Origin: Selaginella moellendorffii
Lineage: Eukaryota > Plantae > Lycopodiophyta
Direction of reading: 5' to 3'
Assembly: GCF_000143415.4 (NCBI RefSeq)
Contig: NW_003314293.1
Span: 1 to 64,000 of the forward strand
DNA length: 64,000 nucleotides
In this document: piece after piece, positions 62,292 through 64,000 of the stretch
How the letters are laid out: every line of letters begins with the position of its first letter
Numbering within the stretch: the first letter of the stretch is position 1
Position numbers and translations under genes: made by a program
The notes under the pieces: model-generated
What the model was told of the DNA's origin: nothing
The model's database searches: none
Seen by the model: the letters and a program-made list of their open reading frames with translations, nothing else

Positions 62292-63172
62292 TCAAAAACG
62301 CGACTTTAGCCGAGGCCTCACCAACGACTGACCGCCATCCACCGCAACGGTGGTTCCAGTGATGAAAGACGAATCCTTGCTCACGAAGTAGAGCAGGCTC
62401 GAGGCCAAGTCGCGGGAACCATCGGCCCAGCGCTCCAGCGGAAGAAGCTTGCTCACGCTGCTCGTCGTCAAGGCCGTGTTCTTGCCACTCGAGTTTGCCG
62501 AGATCATGGCCGCTGCGTCCGACTCACTCCAGCCACGAACAACGCAGTTGACGCGGATGTTGAATTTGCCGAGCTCCATCGCCAGCGCCTGGCCAGGAAT
62601 ATCGAGATCGATCAAAAACTTTCCAGAGGTATGGAACTTTTTCTCTCTCACCTTGCTCAACTGATGGACTCCCGCAATGCAGGTGCCGTAGATCCCCGCT
62701 CCTGGAAACAATCCTCGCTCGCTCCCAGCGATGGACGTCACAAACACGATCGATCCACCTGCTCCGGAGAGTTTCATGCGTCTCGCCACGGATCTACTCA
62801 CCAGCCAAGCCGCCTTGAGGTTCTTTTCCACCGCTCCATCCCAATCTTCCTCGCTCGCTTCCAGCACCGGCTGAAAGCTCCCTTGATCGTGATCACACAA
62901 GAAGACGAGCGCATCGATCCGCCCAAAAGCCGCCCACGCGCTGGCGATCGATTGCTCCACGCTCGCTTCATCGCCACGGAGATCGAGCTCCACGAATCTG
63001 CAAGACGCTGGGGCAATTGGAGCCGGTCGGCCACCCGCGATCACGATCCTAGACAGGGAAAAGCGTGAAACTCGAATCGAGCGGAGCTCACTTACTTGAA
63101 ATCGCTGGATGCCAGAGTGAAGAGCAGAGTGTCACTCTCTTGCGTTGCAGTCACGAGGAGCAATACTGCCAT
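62292..63172 (-). CDS. Short-chain dehydrogenase/reductase, probably peroxisomal (C-terminal SRF)
   Basis: AWAAFGRIDALV, GGSIVFVTSI..ERGLFPGAGIYG, ALAMELGKFNIRVN, TGTTVAVDGGQSLVRPRLKSRF. ATG 63172 plus two short introns. Confidence 0.88.
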
Positions 63173-63458
63173 AGCTTCCGGGTCTAGGGTTCCTCCTTGC
63201 TGATGTGGACAATTCATAAAGACTTAGGGCTGATGTGGATACCATATAAACATTTTAGGGCCGACGTGGACAAATCACATAGAGATTTAAGGGCTGGCGT
63301 GGCCCCGTGACACAAACCGTCACTCCTATTTTGAAAACTAGAAGGGAGAGAGGAGCGATGGTGAGTGGAAAGGAAATGGCGGAGAGGAGAGGCGGCGGAG
63401 GGAGGAGCGGCGGCGATGGAGCGATTGGCGGCGCGGGTGCGTAGAGGCGGCGGTGTTG

Positions 63459-64000
63459 ATGAAGCTGAAACTCCCCAAGGTTAGGGTTGGAAGGAAGATA
63501 TTTGGCAACGGGGGCATTCTTGCCAAGGCAAAGAAGGGGTGCGCGTCGGGGATGGCGCCTCCCTGTGGGGGCGGCCCTGACAGCACCGCCGCATCGACTC
63601 CTCGGGTAAGCGATCCTCGTCATTCTTGGATATTTTGCTTGGGTTCGTGAATGCCGCTTGCATTGTCGAGTGTTTCGATCCATCCATTTGCTTACCTGTG
63701 ACATTCAAGATGCTTGTGTTAATCTATTGCATGCTCGATTTTTTTTGCGAATGCGATTCGTGCAGGAGCGGACAAAGCTGAATCAAAAAGCTGCCAAGCT
63801 CATGAGCCAGTCAACAAAAAGAAGGCTTGCAGTGAGTGCCGAATCAGATATTGAGAAAGCAGCAGCTTATGTTCCAAGGGTAAGCTCGTCGCTCATTCCT
63901 CTATGTTTGGTTTTGTCAATGCTTGGAATTTTTCTCAACGAGCGATCGATGTTTTTGCTTTTCTCATTTCTCAGGCCATCGAAAAGAATGAAGCCGCGCG
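63459..64000 (+). CDS. PKAR: cAMP-dependent protein kinase regulatory subunit-like (or PKG-like) gene, 5' part, runs off the window
   Basis: Exons 63459-63605, 63766-63879 and 63975- give ...KRRLAVSAESDIEKAAAYVPR/AIEKNEAA, resembling the RI-type linker RRGAISAE....AASYVRKVIPK. Confidence 0.65.

Overview
Plant nuclear DNA. The short (~50-60 nt) introns, dense GC-rich genes, a miR160-targeted class C ARF and a PKA-regulatory-subunit-like gene suggest a non-seed land plant, probably a Selaginella-like lycophyte (inference). The window has two parts. (1) 1-37.3 kb is a nested transposon cluster. It starts with a decayed pogo/Tc5 transposase and a 5'-only eIF2-beta gene fragment. Next is a putative large DNA element (~3.2/5.7-20.4 kb) carrying a ParB/Srx-like-domain gene (two inverted copies around a 100-N gap) and a divergent Sola-like DDD/E transposase pseudogene. 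That element holds about 25 copies of a 22-bp palindrome (ATGGCRTG-W-GGCC-W-CAYGCCAT) that I saw nowhere else in the window. A young self-priming Tf1/Tcn1-type chromovirus is inserted in it. Further on lies an old minus-strand chromovirus whose 3' LTR holds a young non-coding LTR relative, followed by 5S-bearing Cassandra-like TRIMs. (2) 38.8-64 kb is gene-dense: EXECUTER, a truncated TANGO6/RTP1, IRX14-like GT43, class C ARF, MAGL/CSE-like hydrolase, an XRN fragment, an RNL-like NLR, RBM39, a SAM+peroxiredoxin-like protein, a peroxisomal SDR and the start of a PKA regulatory subunit. The best candidate for an undescribed system is the ParB-like gene plus dispersed palindromes plus transposase module. 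All family assignments come from recalled motifs, not database searches.
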